Shown in pieces: positions 28,058 through 41,940 of a DNA stretch of 64,000 bases. Positions within the stretch are counted from its first letter, which is position 1; the number at the start of each line of letters is the position of its first letter. The DNA lies in assembly GCF_030684315.1 (NCBI RefSeq), contig NC_081383.1, positions 26,147,942 to 26,211,941 on the forward strand, in the 5' to 3' direction. Origin of the DNA: Stegostoma tigrinum (taxonomy: Eukaryota). The notes under the pieces are model-generated. The model was not told the DNA's origin and did no database searches. It saw only the letters and a program-made list of their open reading frames with translations. Position numbers and translations under genes: made by a program.

Positions 28058-28243
28058 ATGGAGGAGCGCGAGAGTGGAGTGGAGCCGGGCCAGAGCCTAC
28101 AGTTGGAGGCCGAGGTGGACAGGCTGGGCCTACAGCATAAACTGCTGCGGCTGCCGCTGAGCCGGATCAAGGGGCTGATGAAAGCTGATCCCGATGTCTC
28201 GCTGGCGAGTCAGGAGGCTGTGTTCGCCATCGGCAAGGCCACG
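28058..28243 (+). CDS. POLE4: DNA polymerase epsilon subunit 4 (histone fold), exon 1
   Basis: MEERESG...RLPLSRIKGLMKADPDVSLASQEAVFAIGKAT|gtgtgt, the characteristic POLE4 histone fold. Confidence 0.93.
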
Positions 28244-29472
28244 GTGTGTGAGTGAATGGCGGCTTCCCCGACCACCACCCAGCTCCCTCCCCTGCCACCA
28301 CCACCACCGCTCCAGGCCGTAACAGTCAGTGTGGCCGGACTGCCCTCGCGGGGACAGTTCGCTCGGTCGTTGCCCGTGTTTCTTGTTTGGTGCTGAGCTC
28401 AGGGCTACTTGGTGAGGGTACATAGTATATTTACCACAGTAATCTCCAGGGGTAAATTACGAGTAGAGATAAGGATAAACGTAAAATACTGGACACTTCA
28501 GATCTTCTTCGGTGTAGCTATTCCTTGAAGAAAAATAATAATGAACTAAACATCCTTTATTCTAGAAGTGTGACCACTAAAATAAAAACCAAACGTTGCT
28601 GCATTTTTTTTTGAAGAGTTATTAAAGTGATGTTCCCCGCCACCCCCCTCCATAGATGCCACCAGATTAGAGGGCATAATCAAAGCCGTAGAGCCAGACT
28701 TTTGAAAAGTAATGATACCTATTGACATACAAGGGTAGTTGAAGTTTTGACCCCCACCTCCAAGCAGTTATAGAAATAAGTTAGAGGCCATTCAGCTCCT
28801 TAAGCCTGCCCCACCACTCTGTAAGATTGTGGCTGATCTGTGACCTAAATCTGTCTACCTGTCTTTGGCCTGTATCCCATAATACCACTGCTTAACAAAA
28901 AGTTGCCTGTTTCACATTTGAAATTAACAACGATTCAGCGTCCACTGCAGTTTGTGATAGAGAATTCCAAACATGTACCACCCTTTTTGTTTAGAAGTGT
29001 TAACTTCTGCATTCATGTACTCTAGTCCTGTAGATATAAAGGCAAGAATTAGCTTTCATGATTATTTTCTGCACCAGTTTGTGACGCTTTTAAACATTTA
29101 GATTTTAAATATTTTTAAATCTAGGTCAATAATTTTAAGGGATACGGGGCAAAAACAGACATGGAGCTGGATTCTGGATCATTTAATCCCTGATGACGGT
29201 GACAATGATTGTCTTGCATAAGAATACTTTAATTTAGTTTAACTCTTAAGGAAACTAGTATCTTGGCATCTGTTTATTGTTTAATAATGAGGCAAAAGCA
29301 ACTTTCCTCATTGTGGAGAGAAACACTGGGAGGAAATGCTACTCCTGCTCAGGACAGAGATGAGAGCTGTATGAGAACTGGAGCAGTATACTGGGTTCCT
29401 GGAGAGAGTGAGTGTATACTGAGCAACCTGGGTACTACAGTGACTGAACACTGTATTTGGTTTCTCCCAAAG

Positions 29473-29557
29473 GAACTTTTTGTTGAAGTGATTGCGAAGG
29501 ATGCATACTCATTTGCTTTGCGGGGCAAGCGTAAAACCATCCAACGAAAGGATGTGG
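29473..29557 (+). CDS. POLE4: POLE4 exon 2
   Basis: aag|ELFVEVIAKDAYSFALRGKRKTIQRKDV G|gtgagt, 85 nt. Confidence 0.95.
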
Positions 29558-29654
29558 GTGAGTCTGTCAGCGGTTTGTTATTCCAGACTGTTTTTGCCAG
29601 CATTAAAAAGGTCTTTGCATTACAATGTATGTGAGTGGCTGTGTTTTCAAGTCA

Positions 29655-30560
29655 GAGTCATAGAAAAGTACAGCATGGAATCAAACTCTTCGGTCCAACT
29701 CATCCATGGAGACCAGATATCCTAAATTAATCTAGTTCCATTTGCCAGCATTTGGCCCAAATCCCCCCTCAACCCTTCCTTTTCTTATACCCATTAAATG
29801 CCTTTAAAATGTTGTAATTGTACCAAGCTCCTCCACTGACTCTGGGAATTCATTCCATAGGTGCGTCACCCTCTGCATGAAAAAGTTGCCTCTTTGGTCC
29901 TCCTCAAATCTTTCCCCTCGCCTTAAACCAATGCCCTCTAGTTTTGGACTCGCTTATCCTAGGGAAAAGACCTTGACTATTCACCCTATCCATGTCCCTC
30001 ATCATTTTATAAACCTCTATAACGTCACCCCTCAGCCTCTGACATTCGAAGGAAAATAGCCCCAGCCTATTCAGGCTCCCCGTACAACCCAAACACTCCA
30101 TCCTTGACAACATCCTTGTAAACCCTTTCAAGTTGCACAATATGCCTCCTATAGGAGGGAGACCACAACTGAATGCAGTACTCCAAAAGTGGCCTAATCC
30201 ACGTCCTGTCTGCTGCAACACGATCTCCCAGCTCCTATACTCGATGCACTGATCAATAAAGACATGTGTATCAAATGCCACCTTCGTCACCTTGTCTACC
30301 TGTGACTCCACTTTCGAGGAACAATGAAACTGCTCTGTGCAAGTCTCCTTGTTCGGCATCATTTCCCAGGACCTTACCATTAAAAGTATAAGGTCCTCAC
30401 ATTTATCTAGATTAAACTTTATCTGCCATTCCTCCGCCTGTCTAATCAAGGTCCTGTTGTACTCATAGGTAACCTTCTTCACTGTACAGTACACGGCTAA
30501 TTTTGATGTCATTTGTAACTTGCTAATCATACTTCCTATATTTACATACAAATCATTTAA
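29655..30560 (-). mobile_element. 5'-truncated CR1 LINE in POLE4 intron 2
   Basis: ORF remnant ..WQIKFNLDKC..RLRGDVIEVYKMMRDMDRVN..SKTRGH followed by a CR1 3' UTR. Confidence 0.85.
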
Positions 30561-30672
30561 GTGCTGAGCTAATCTTGTGTGAAGGTGGGACTGCAGTGAT
30601 GAAATAGTCAATTGTTGGTTTGTTTGGAAGTTGTCAAAGTTGCTAGATATTGTATTTTTATTTCTCTTTCAG

Positions 30673-30714
30673 ACAATGCAGTTGATGTTACAGATGAATT
30701 TGCATTTTTGGAAG
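30673..30714 (+). CDS. POLE4: POLE4 exon 3
   Basis: tttcag|(D)NAVDVTDEFAFLE G|gtgagt, 42 nt. Confidence 0.93.
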
Positions 30715-31011
30715 GTGAGTCCTTCCTCCTTATTTAACAGCCATAACGTTGTTTTGTTTTGTTGTTTTCTCCTGTCAGTCCTTCCTACACCAGTGGAGAA
30801 GGCACTGCCGCTGCAAGGTGCAGCAGATAGAATTACCTTGAGTCGAGCTACTGATGTGAAGGCTGAAACTAGTTGACTTCCACAGTCTGTCAAGACTGTT
30901 GTTAATCTTTCACATGAACAATTATTGCATTAATACAATGTACCCTCCATTCACTCAATTACTTTTCTAATCTATTTTTAAAAGCACCTTTAATCAAATT
31001 GTCGGGACCAT

Positions 31012-31342
31012 TTTTATTCATTCACATGATGAGGTGTCACTGGCTAGACTGGCATTTATTGCCCATCCCTAATTGCACAAAGGGCAGTTAAAAGTCAACC
31101 ACATTGCTGTGGATCTGGAGTCACATGTAGGCCAGACCATGTAAGGATGGCAATTTCCTTCCCTGAGTGACATTAGTGACCAGATGTATTTTAACAACAA
31201 TCAACTGTATGTTTATGATCATCATCGAACTCTTATTTCCAAATATCTATTGAATTCAGATTCAAACCTGGGTCCTCGGAACATTACCTGGGTCTCTGAA
31301 TTAACAGTCCAGTGATAATACTACCAGGCCATCGCCTCCCCT
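31012..31342 (-). mobile_element. tRNA-derived SINE copy in POLE4 intron 3
   Basis: Same family as 23295-23650. Confidence 0.75.
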
Positions 31343-33079
31343 TATTGATGTACTTCTGAGGTGCATGGGACTTGAACCCTGATCTTCTGGCCCACAGGTG
31401 GAGCATTACTAGAGTGCCACAAGATCTACTTAGCCTGTTCTTAACTATTGACAGAAGTTTTGCTTGAATCATATTTTGGTGTCGCAATCCACAGCTTCAC
31501 AGTTCTGTCAATCTTAACTTTCTTGTTTATAATCTTTTTGTCCTTCTGTACATTGTCACACCGCTTTCTGGTTTAAGTCATCACTCATAATTGTACTGTA
31601 TCCAGTTATGATCTTGTGATTTTATTCACCATGTCATTTTGACTCTTATTTTAAATCTCTTAAAACATAATATTCTCTTAGTTGATCTCTTTACAGTTTT
31701 ATCCTCCTGCTTTTAATGTCTTATTTACCTGAAATCAACATCATTCTTCATTTCCACATTGCCTGGCCTCCACTTCAATTACTAAGTTATTACATTTCTG
31801 ATTCAATTCTCCATCACAAGCAACTCAAAATAATTAATTGGCTGTGAACTACCTTGAGACATGCTCGGATCACTGTGAAATATTAATGCTGTTTGTTTCT
31901 TAGAATTAGCTTCATTATCACATGCACTCATGAGCACAGTGAAAAGTTTATAAGTCACTACTTATGGCACCGTCTTAGCTACAAGGACACCTAAGCACTG
32001 ATTCTTGGGAATAAATTAGAAAAATACAAACTCATAGGAATAAAATAGGAAAAAAAAGGAATCAAAAGTTCAGAAATACAGCCCTTCCACCCCAGTCTGT
32101 GGTGGTACCTAGCCTCTAGACTACAAAACGAATAAAGATTTACATGAATAGAGTTCACCTTCTGAACAAGGGGTGTACACACACACACATACAGGGCTTT
32201 AACATCTCTGCAAGGTCCTCAGTCAGAAGCCCTCGCTCCGGGCACTGCCTCTGCTGAGTCCATGCTTCAGGCAGCACCACCACTGCATCCAAAGACTACC
32301 GAGTCCCTACTGCAGAACTACCACAGGTAGGAGTCCTCTTCTTGGCACTGCCATGGCCAATGACCCATCGAATCCCCAAGTCCAGACTGTAGCCTTACAG
32401 GAGTCTGGAGTCTTCGCTCTGGGCACAGTCATCACTGTAGCCAACCAATACCAGTCCAGTTTCCCCATGATATTAGAAGATGAAGAGAAAAAAGAAAGAA
32501 AAGACAAATGAAGGGAAAAAGTAGAAGTAAACTAAGCAGAAGAGCTCTGGGCCGCTGGGTTTAGGAGCCCACATGCTGTGTTGCATGCCGCCATCTTGAG
32601 AAGAGATCACAAATACTGCATAACTTTGCCTTTTTGACCTTTATTTATTTCAGATTTCTGCATCTGCAGTGTTTTGCTTTTGATTTAATTAATCTTTTTC
32701 TGTTTCTCCCCTGCCCCCTCAGCCTTTTTCCTTCTGCACAGTGTATGGTTGTGTCACATGTTCTCTCATGGTTATCTATCTTGAGTATATAATTTATTTA
32801 TTGGCACTTTTATTAGATGTAATGGGAAAAGTAGTGTGAGTAAAGAAAATTGGTTTCCACCCTGATTTTAGACTATGATTCTAAATGACCTGAATCTTCA
32901 AATGCCTAAGTTATTTTGATCCAAGGAATGCTGTTATCTTCCCCAGGTTCTGGTGGTGATGCTGCAACTCTGTAAAGATAGGCATTGCAATGGTTACTGC
33001 TTCTTGGATTACATTTTGTTAACGTATCTGCTTCATATGTATATGTTCCAGACAATTTCAGTGCATTTTATTCTTCTAG

Positions 33080-33093
33080 GAACTCTGGATTGA
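33080..33093 (+). CDS. POLE4: POLE4 exon 4 (terminal)
   Basis: ttcttctag|GA ACT CTG GAT TGA gives the conserved GTLD-stop end; total 108 aa. ATTAAA at 33262 and AATAAA at 33356 follow. Confidence 0.9.
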
Positions 33094-36077
33094 ATTGGAG
33101 CCAAGCTTCACTAGCAGCCACACATTGACTGTAACTGGAGAGCTGTGTTTAGAGATCTCACTGTATAAGTGTATGTATATTTTGTATAATTTTGTAAAAA
33201 GGTAGTTGTACCTGTTACGAGTTAGTGATTTCCTGATGTGAATGTTTGCAATTATGAATACATTAAAAGGTTTTGTAATTTTTATCTTGAATACTGCTGT
33301 TGATCATAAGGCCTTTCAGTCATGCTGCTGCTGAGGTTAGGATATGCATGCATACAATAAAATCCCAACAAGTAAGGTGGGATCAATAGTTTACGCAAAA
33401 CAGATCATCGCTTGAACTATATCACTGATACAAAACTAGCAGCAGCACCTAATGATATATCATCTTTAGGAGGTGTGCTGAGTGAGTGAAAAGTTTCAGA
33501 GCACAGGCTTTTACATTATTGCACTTGCACTGGATATGATCTGAAATCTGTACTGTTTAAGACTGGAAATCTAACTGCTTTGACCCTCAGTTAATTCCAA
33601 CCTGAAACATTCCAATATACGTGCTATTTTATCACTTCACATTAGTTACAAATTCACTTGCAAGTGAACTTTGTGCTTTGCAGGAGGATGTTATGTATTG
33701 AAATACAATTATGTAATTTGGTCAGTGATTTCGAACGACCATAGTATTTATTGTACTTGAAGTCATCTTTGTGTCACCTGAGGTACACAACAGTCATACT
33801 CTGTATGCTTTTCTTTTGAACCAGGATCACTCCAACCCCACAGCCCACAATTTTCATTTCTGTCAGCCCGTTTGTGTATCTGATGGTAATGTACTTGAGG
33901 AATCCATTTTAATAACTACTAGTAGAGTCCTTGGTCAATAAACAGTACATTTGTTACTACGTGCACAGTTTTGTGCTGTTCTGTCAGCTGTGCAATATGG
34001 GTTTGGTGGTGAAGGGTGAGAATTGTAGGTTAAGTTGTATAATGTGTAATATCTTCATGACCTATTTTCAAGTGATAATCATCTTTGTATAATCCCTCCT
34101 AACCTAATTCCACTAATTTAATGTGCCCTGTGCTGTATCATGTTCTGTCTGCCCTTTCCACCCCCCAAATGACATGAATACAAAAGTTCTCCAATAAATA
34201 CAATTAAATTAACATTGACCATTATTTGTTAAACTGGATTCAGAGTTGTTTGTAATACCTATTAATGCCAGTGGCCTGGAAGAGTCTGGTTTGAGAGTCA
34301 AGTTTTAAACGATAATTATTGATTAAAGAAAACTGTACATTACGTTTTTGACTAAGTTCAATTTTTATGACATTTGTAACTGTTAATGAGTCTTTCATTT
34401 TTCCCACCTTTCATTGTTATAGAACTGTTTGTCTTTGTCAGGTTAACTAGATCTAGGCCCATGTCCTAGTTTTGCTACACCTTTCTTTTTGAGTGTTCAT
34501 CACGCCCAGTAGTACAATAGTTAATTTTTGTTCGTTGTTTTTTTTCTCTCATTGTTTTCTATTTAGCCCTTGATTTTAGGTTATTGGTCCAAGTCTTATG
34601 CATGAGCGCACGCAAGGCTGACCTTTCAGCCCCATGTTGTAACAAATAAAAATATTACATTAATATGTTGTTTGGAGAGTGGAAGGAAAACAGGGCTGAG
34701 AGTGCAAAGCATAACAGTAAGAAATTCCTTAAGCATTTTATCTGTGAGAGGTTATTTAGAAAAGAGCTGGGAGACTTCACAATGTAAATAGATTTAAACT
34801 ATGACCTGGTTAAGAAAGTAAACTTTTGCTTGACTAAAGTCATCAATCCTAACCTGTCTGAAAGTTTTTATTTTGGAGTAGATGGAATTTATCCCTGCAT
34901 ACTAAATAGAATAGTTGTGTAATTGAAGATGTGACATTGGCAATCATTGAGGGTGTTGATAGACAAAAGGGAGAGACCATAAGATTTTAAAGGGGTTAAC
35001 ATGATTTCCATATTTAAATTGATTTTTATTCTCTTAAAGTAGTCAACCAGAGTTTATGAAAACCAGTCAGGAGGCCCCAAACCCAAAAGTTATTTGCACC
35101 ACTGCCAGTCTGTGTCTCCTTTCAGGAATGAGATTTTGCTAAGAGGTGGGGATTTGTTTGAAGAGGTTTGGGTCTTTGTAACAGTCTGAATATAGTAATT
35201 TGTTTCAAATAAACAAGGTGACGCAGACTTTGCATCCTTTGTGCATAAGATTTTGAGAGATCAGGAAATTCACCTCTTCAATTGTATATGAAAGAGGTAG
35301 ACCAAGAATAATGAGGTGAAGAGGACAGTGAAACAACAAAAATGGGCAATGTCTTTACACCACTTGAAGGAAAAAAGATACTGGAGTTTTTTGAAATAGT
35401 GAAAATAACAGAAAAGCAGTGAAGGAAGATGAGAATATCGTTTGGGCAGTGAGACACCAAGGATCAGCAAGAAAACTGAATTGCAATTAGTTTTTGGAAA
35501 TGAGAATAAACAAAATAGTGAAGACTTGGGATTATAATAATAGGAGAAAAGTAAATAATAAACAATAGCTTGAGAGAGAACATGATTGAAGGTTGGAAAG
35601 AGACAAGATAACTTCAGTGAAGGAATGTGAAATATTGAAAGAAGATAACTGAAACAAGACAGAGATCATATTGTTTATTCATACTTCATTTTTGTTTGAA
35701 AGTTTGTAAGTGAAGTTACCCAATCCTGTTATGCTATATTTATTTATTCTGTATAATACATCAATTTACATTGATCAATGCCAGAATTACTCATGACCTT
35801 GATATATTAATACATCTCAATAACATTATGTACACATGCACATTTTACAACTCCATCTGTAGTCTGCATACTTTAGGGAGTGACTTTTTTAAATCCATTT
35901 TTCAAACCAACACTTTACTTGCATGGTATGGGGTTTTTGAAACGATTGCTATTGATCCCATTGCTTCCAGATCTCCTGAGGATGCCGGTTTCTCACCTCA
36001 GGAACCAGTCATATGCAAAACTGCCATGGTGATGGTTCCTTGCCTTGAACACCTCTGAATGAGGGGTTGGTAATGGG

Positions 36078-36481
36078 TTAATGGCACCCACAGCTTCCGG
36101 CAACCATGTCATCATACTGTTTCAGGACCACATTTTCATCATCATCAAAATAGAGAAGATTAATGGAGAAAAGTTTGTCTGGGATACAGCACGGAGAAGC
36201 TACATCATTGGCTAGCTTAAGAGCATTGATAATGGACTGAACAGTGGCATGGTTGGTAGGTCTCATATTTTTGCCCAGTGGGAAGACGCATGCTCCTTTA
36301 CAATGATAAGCATTGTACCCTCGAGGGGAGATAATCCAACCAGACCAGCCAATCTCTTCAAAGTCTACATATAGATGATGTCTCTGACATCCTTGGAAAT
36401 GTAAAGACCTTGTGTTCCGGTTCTGGCTTGCTTTGTTCTGAAGAATTCTGTGAGAGATAAATGGATTCTCTGTGCCCATAT
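36078..36481 (-). CDS. admp: Anti-dorsalizing morphogenetic protein, exon 5 (mature TGF-beta/BMP domain)
   Basis: cag|AT..; furin site RNTR, then the 7-Cys domain CQRHHLYVDFEEIGWSGWIISPRGYNAYHCKG..MRPTNHATVQSIINAL..PCCIPDKLFSINLLYFDDDENVVLKQYDDMVAGSCGCH, diagnostic of ADMP. Confidence 0.95.
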
Positions 36482-37951
36482 CTGTAAGTGTGGAGTATAA
36501 TGAGTTAAGTCATCTTATGTATTCAGGGGCCGTTTAAAAACAAAAATCTTTACTTTCCCTCAAGATACCAGCACCATCTGTTAAAAAAGCAAATGTTGCA
36601 GATTTTGGACATTGAATATTTCCAGCATCTTTCTATTAGCTTGCTTTTTGGAGAAAGAAATAAAGTTAATTTGACCTGAATCTTGTACTGCGTTTCAAAG
36701 GAGACTGTCAGACCTAAGTATCTGCTGTTTTTATTAATGACCTATGTATTGAGTATGTCAGCAAGGATTTAATTCTTTTTAATTCTCATACTTAGTGTCA
36801 CCATGACTGAAACCAGTTTTTGGAAACTGGTTGGATCCTGCTGTGCTGGATTATGGTAATACTTCAAGTGAGAAATCTTTAGATTTGTTAGCTTAATCTC
36901 AACCAAGCATTACTATAGGGAGGTAGAGGGAGAGAATAGCTTTGACCTTTACAGCTGTGAGAGTGCTAACAACTTAAACCAACCATGGGTTTACCAAATA
37001 CATTAGCTCTCTGGCTCAAAACCGTCAAGTGTGCACTGTGTTGCAGTTATGTTTTCAAACTCTTCCCAGCTAACCCTGTAAATGACTCAGTCGGCTTCCT
37101 TGCTTTTTCTGGCATGGTATTACCTTACAGCAACACGTTGACTGTTACAACTGACTTTACTCCGGTTCCTGTTTTGTAGAAGTCTTTAAAGTAGTAGAGA
37201 ATGAACCCTGTTTCAATCAATTCACCCAATGTAAAACCATGTAACTTTCCCTCGCTGTGAACAGTTTGGCAGCGCTTTTGAGTGTACTTGCAGTAGATGG
37301 ACTGTTGCTGTTCAGGGTGGCACCTCACCATCTTAGGGCAGGGCAACAAATGCTTGTTTTGCAAGTGACACCATTATTCCATGAAAGTATTAAACGTTAG
37401 TTCTCCAGTGCTTCACCCAATCTGCCAATGTCCTCTGGATGTGGATTAAATGCGAAAGCAGTTTAAAATTTTAAAAAGCCAATACATATCTGCATGAAAT
37501 GTAGGGTATTAATTAGGATTAGAAATAAATAGCTACCGTGTAAGGTGAAGGAAAATGAATTGGCTATCCTGTCTTTTATAGTAGTAAAGTGTTTTATAGC
37601 TTTTCTCTGCCTCAGTCTGGCAGTCCTGAGTGTAAATAATTTAGTCTGAAATAATGTAACAAATTAGGAACTAGAGCTATAACTTTCCATGGTGTGTACA
37701 GCTGAGCACAATACCAATGGATGCATGAAGCCTTCAAACCATCAGGAATTTAAAGTTCGTTACTTTTTATATAAATGAATAGAATTATAGTTTTGACTCT
37801 TTAAATGAATTTGAAAGAAGACCATCCATAAGGGACCTAACTGAGATTGAAAACAACTAGTTGAAGTATGATTCTTATGAGACCTTTCTGTAGATGTGTT
37901 TACAGCGATAAGGTGGATCATCATCTTTGGTACCAATCATAAGGACTTCAC

Positions 37952-38147
37952 CTTTTAATGACGAGGAAGTAGTAATTCCTCTCCTCTCCTCATCTGTGAA
38001 GAGGACCAGCATTGGTTGCTTGCTGCTGTGATGGTCTCTTGCTGTGGCAAAGCGGACAAAATGATTATTTGTCTGCTGCCCGGCCAGAGTTTGCACAATG
38101 ACCATCAGGCCCTTGTTGCTCTTTTTATCGTGTGTCCATGTGTACAC
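37952..38147 (-). CDS. admp: ADMP exon 4 (prodomain)
   Basis: cag|VYTWTHDKKSNKGLMVIVQTLAG..VRFATARDHHSSKQPMLVLFTDEERRG..K G|gtgaag, 196 nt. Confidence 0.92.
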
Positions 38148-40555
38148 CTGCACAAATAAAGAAATCTTTCATCATCTAATGCAGCAAGTGTTTCACACAG
38201 AGTAGGATTCTTGTGTCATATCTCCTGAGCCACTGCTAAGTCAACTGTGGCAGATGTCAGATACAGAACGAAACTTGGAATGAGAAAAGGGAGTTATGTG
38301 CCTTCGCCTTCAATCTCAGAACAGTAGATCCTACTGCACAACAGTGAGATTTCCAATTTTCACTTGCAAGACAGACACATCTGAGGTTATTGCGCCTAAT
38401 GTTGCTTACCCATCTAGAGCGAGGAAAATCCTGAATGAATTGTCAGTATTCTTGAAAAACAAGTTTTTGACCTCCATTACTAGAATACCTGTTTACTTTG
38501 TGTGATGTTCATATCTCTCTTGTTTTGCACATTTTAAATCTCTGTTCTTGTTTTAGTATCCTGCATACATTGGATTAATTTTATCAAATATATTGTTTAA
38601 TATCATTAAATTTATGCGAGGCCCAACTCAGTACTTCAAGGTTTTAAAAAGTCATTCCTGATGAACTCGATTTGTTCTGAATTAATCTCATGACTTTACT
38701 TTCTACCATTCCAGTAGATTAAATATTCCCTTCTTTAAAACCAAAACAGTGCTGGGCATAGCTTCAGATCAGGATGCTATTTATTTCACAGTTTTAGCAC
38801 TATACTTTCTGACATAATTGGTTACAGAATATAACTAAGCATTCTGTTTTCTTTATAGTTAATGGTTTACCATGTGTGAAAAGACTATTGTTGCTCTGTC
38901 TTTCTGCTTTACCATACCTTACCCAACAGTTGTAGGAAATTTATTTTTCAATCACCCCTGCAGCCTTGAGGTGAGAATTAATTTGGTGCCAAATCATAGT
39001 TGGGTACCTGCTATTGAGCCACAGATGATTAATCCAGTCTAGTTTACGTTCTAATTAGTTTGATTATTTCTATACAGCATTGACTGACATGAGCTGTTTA
39101 TCCTCTCAGTCAAATATAAATTTGTTAATGTGGTTCATTACACCAGATCGCAGCTGGCATCTGTATGCTGGTTGGTCTGCACAGTGTGCCCTAGCATATT
39201 GCTAAAGGCTGAAGTATGGTGTGGTTACTCTACAAATAAAATAGCATAACAAATAAGAATAATAATATTGTCATGTGTGTAACCAGGAGAAACACCTTCC
39301 TAACTTCTAACCCGTCAAGGTATAACAAGATTCTGTGCATTTCCTACAATATATTTTTCTACTTTATACTAAAAGGACTGTAAAGTTTAACTTTTAAAAG
39401 TTCTTTTGTTTTTCTATTTTGTATTTCGACACCTTTGTATCTGAGATGGGGACTTTGTATAGTTTACACCGTACTCCTATATTTGTGTACTTGAGTACAC
39501 GTAGCAATTATAAGTTACTCCTAGAAATCTAATCAGCATTAGTTCACCTACTGCTGCTGATATAGCAGCTATAGGTTTGATTATTCTCACAACTGTAATG
39601 ATCAATAGCAGGACATAGATGTTTCTGTGGAACAAAAGGGCATTCAGTTTTTGAATGGCGGGTTCTCAAAGCAGTCCAGTCAGTCCCGCTTCCCCCGTTT
39701 GATCCCTAGCTGTACAATTTTCTTTGGCAATCATTTGGTTGTTTCCATGTCTACCACACTCAGAGGCAGCATGTTTCTGGCTATTACCACTGGGTTTAAA
39801 AAAAGTCATCTTCTCATTCTTATGTGTTCCATAGACCTTGTACCATCAGCTATGGGGAAGTGTTTGTATTTTCTTAGCTTATTTAATCAAATTGGGATCT
39901 TGATTCCACTATCATTTCCAAGGAGAACAGCCCAAGCCATTGCAATCTACTTTGTAAATAATCTCCTCTGTACCCTGTTAATGGTCTTCCCATCTTTTAA
40001 GTGCCATGACTGGAACTGGACACTACTGTAATTATGGTCTAACCAGAGCATTCAAAGATTGAGTGTAACCTCCTGTATGTTTAATGTAGGACTTTCAAAG
40101 AGCTGATAGAAAAAGTAATGTTTGTGGAAACTTGCAATTTTAACAGTAAACTCTTATTTGCATAGACCATTTAAAATAATTTACATTTTGTAGTGTATCT
40201 GCTCTTAAGATTGTGGAGGCCTTACAAAAGGAAAATGTATTTCCTTCACAGATTATTCTACACTAATATTGCAAGGTCCTGTCCAAGCCACTCACTACCT
40301 TGACTTGGAAATATATTGCTTTTCCTTCACTGAGACTAGATCAAAATTCTAGTCTTCCATCCCTGATAACATTATGGGTCTATTAATATGTCATGCCAAA
40401 TAAATATGGCATCACTTTGTGGGGAATGGTACAAGTCAACATGGTCCCTGTTGCAACTTGAGAGGGCATAGTGATTAGTGATCGTGTGGATGTGGTCATG
40501 TTTCAAAAATTAATCCTCTAAGTATTATTGAAGGTTATGGTGCACTGTAACTTAC

Positions 40556-40678
40556 AGCCTGGGTGATTGTGAAGACCTCCCACGTGCTGTCATGGACTGC
40601 TAGTACTCTGGATGACAGCAATCGTTGTCCCTCTGCTGTAGATGTGTTACTACTGTCCAGTATCTGGTAGACACTGAC
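40556..40678 (-). CDS. admp: ADMP exon 3 (prodomain; absent from the ORF track)
   Basis: tag|VSVYQILDSSNTSTAEGQRLLSSRVLAVHDSTWEVFTITQA|gtaagt, 123 nt, phase 0 at both ends. Confidence 0.92.
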
Positions 40679-41420
40679 CTAAAATAGAGTTCACAGCTCA
40701 GCCAAGTTGTTACTGCTAGTTATATTTCAAACAAAGCCAGAAAACAATCAAAGTGAAATCATTGCACTGCTCCTGACCGATTAATTAGAAATTACAATTA
40801 CGAAGGACTCGTAATTACTGAGCTCGGTTTGATTCATTTCTTAGTTCTTCCTTCTTTCCTGTCAGATACTTTGGGAGAGGAGAGAGAAGGTGCAATATCG
40901 AAGTTAGGCGCAGTCTTGACATTTTTGCGTTGTCTATCACACTAATTTCCAATGAACCTTGTATATAAAACGTGGCAGAATCAGTGTAAACAATTGGGGT
41001 CCGATGATCAAATTCAGATATTTCTTTTCTGAGGTATAGCAGCTGATGTTTTAGGGCAGTTCCTCATTCATAAATAGAACGTACACTTGACACTTTTGGG
41101 GCCAAGTGTAACATTGTGGAACTGGATGAGTGAGAACGAGGAGCTTCTCATATCTATTTGGGAATAATACGGAGAATATTGTTAAACGGCCCTGTCAATT
41201 CACCCACGGTGGGAGGACTTCTTAAACTGCAGAGAAAGACTTCTGGATCTTTGTTTTTTTCGGAATTACGTTCTCACTTTTGTGCCCCTTTGAATTTCTT
41301 TCCGGCTTACTTGCCTCCGCCCCTCTCACTTTCTTAGACTTCAAGACAGTCTGAGAGAAACTGTGTTCTGTCCCTTACTGTGGGTTAGTGTCGATCTGAA
41401 GAGCCTCGCACCGCCCTTAC

Positions 41421-41563
41421 CTGACAGAAATGTTGCCTGTGGTGCAGTGTGTCCCGAAAGAGCCGACCTCTCAATTTGAACAGATGCAGCTCAGCGGAAA
41501 GAATGGTTTCGCTTTTAGCCACACTGGACAGGTTGAAAAAGAACTGGAGTTGCTGACTGCGAC
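41421..41563 (-). CDS. admp: ADMP exon 2
   Basis: cag|(S)RSQQLQFFFNLSSVAKSETILSAELHLFKLR..HFCQ|gtaagg, 143 nt. Confidence 0.93.
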
Positions 41564-41660
41564 CTGGGAAAGAAAACATGCAAAGATGAGCAAGGGAAGG
41601 TTGGGGTTGGGGTTATCAGTAACTAACACTTGAAGCGACTTGGAACCGCTAGGGTCTCAC

Positions 41661-41940
41661 TTCTATCCAGGAAGCTGCGCACCGTGTTTCCCACCAGTAG
41701 ATCGGGTTGCTTAGTCACTCCGTCCACGTCTGCCACTGCGTTGTAAAGGTCCAGCATATACTGAGGGGGCTGGCGGACTCTGTGAGGGGACTGCGGGGCA
41801 TCCACCATCCCGAACACCTCTAGCAGCCTCTTTAGTGCCTGGGAGCGGACTTGCTGGTTGTGGCCAGGCAGACTTGCGGCGCAATTCGGCCGCAGAAATA
41901 TGAGGAGGAGCAGTAGCGAAGCTCCGAGTCTAGAGCACAT
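41661..41940 (-). CDS. admp: ADMP exon 1 (signal peptide and prodomain start)
   Basis: MCSRLGASLLLLLIF signal peptide; ALKRLLEVFGM..QPPQYMLDLYNAVADVDG..GNTVRSFLDR A|gtgaga. Joined CDS is 1146 nt (381 aa) with no stops. Confidence 0.93.
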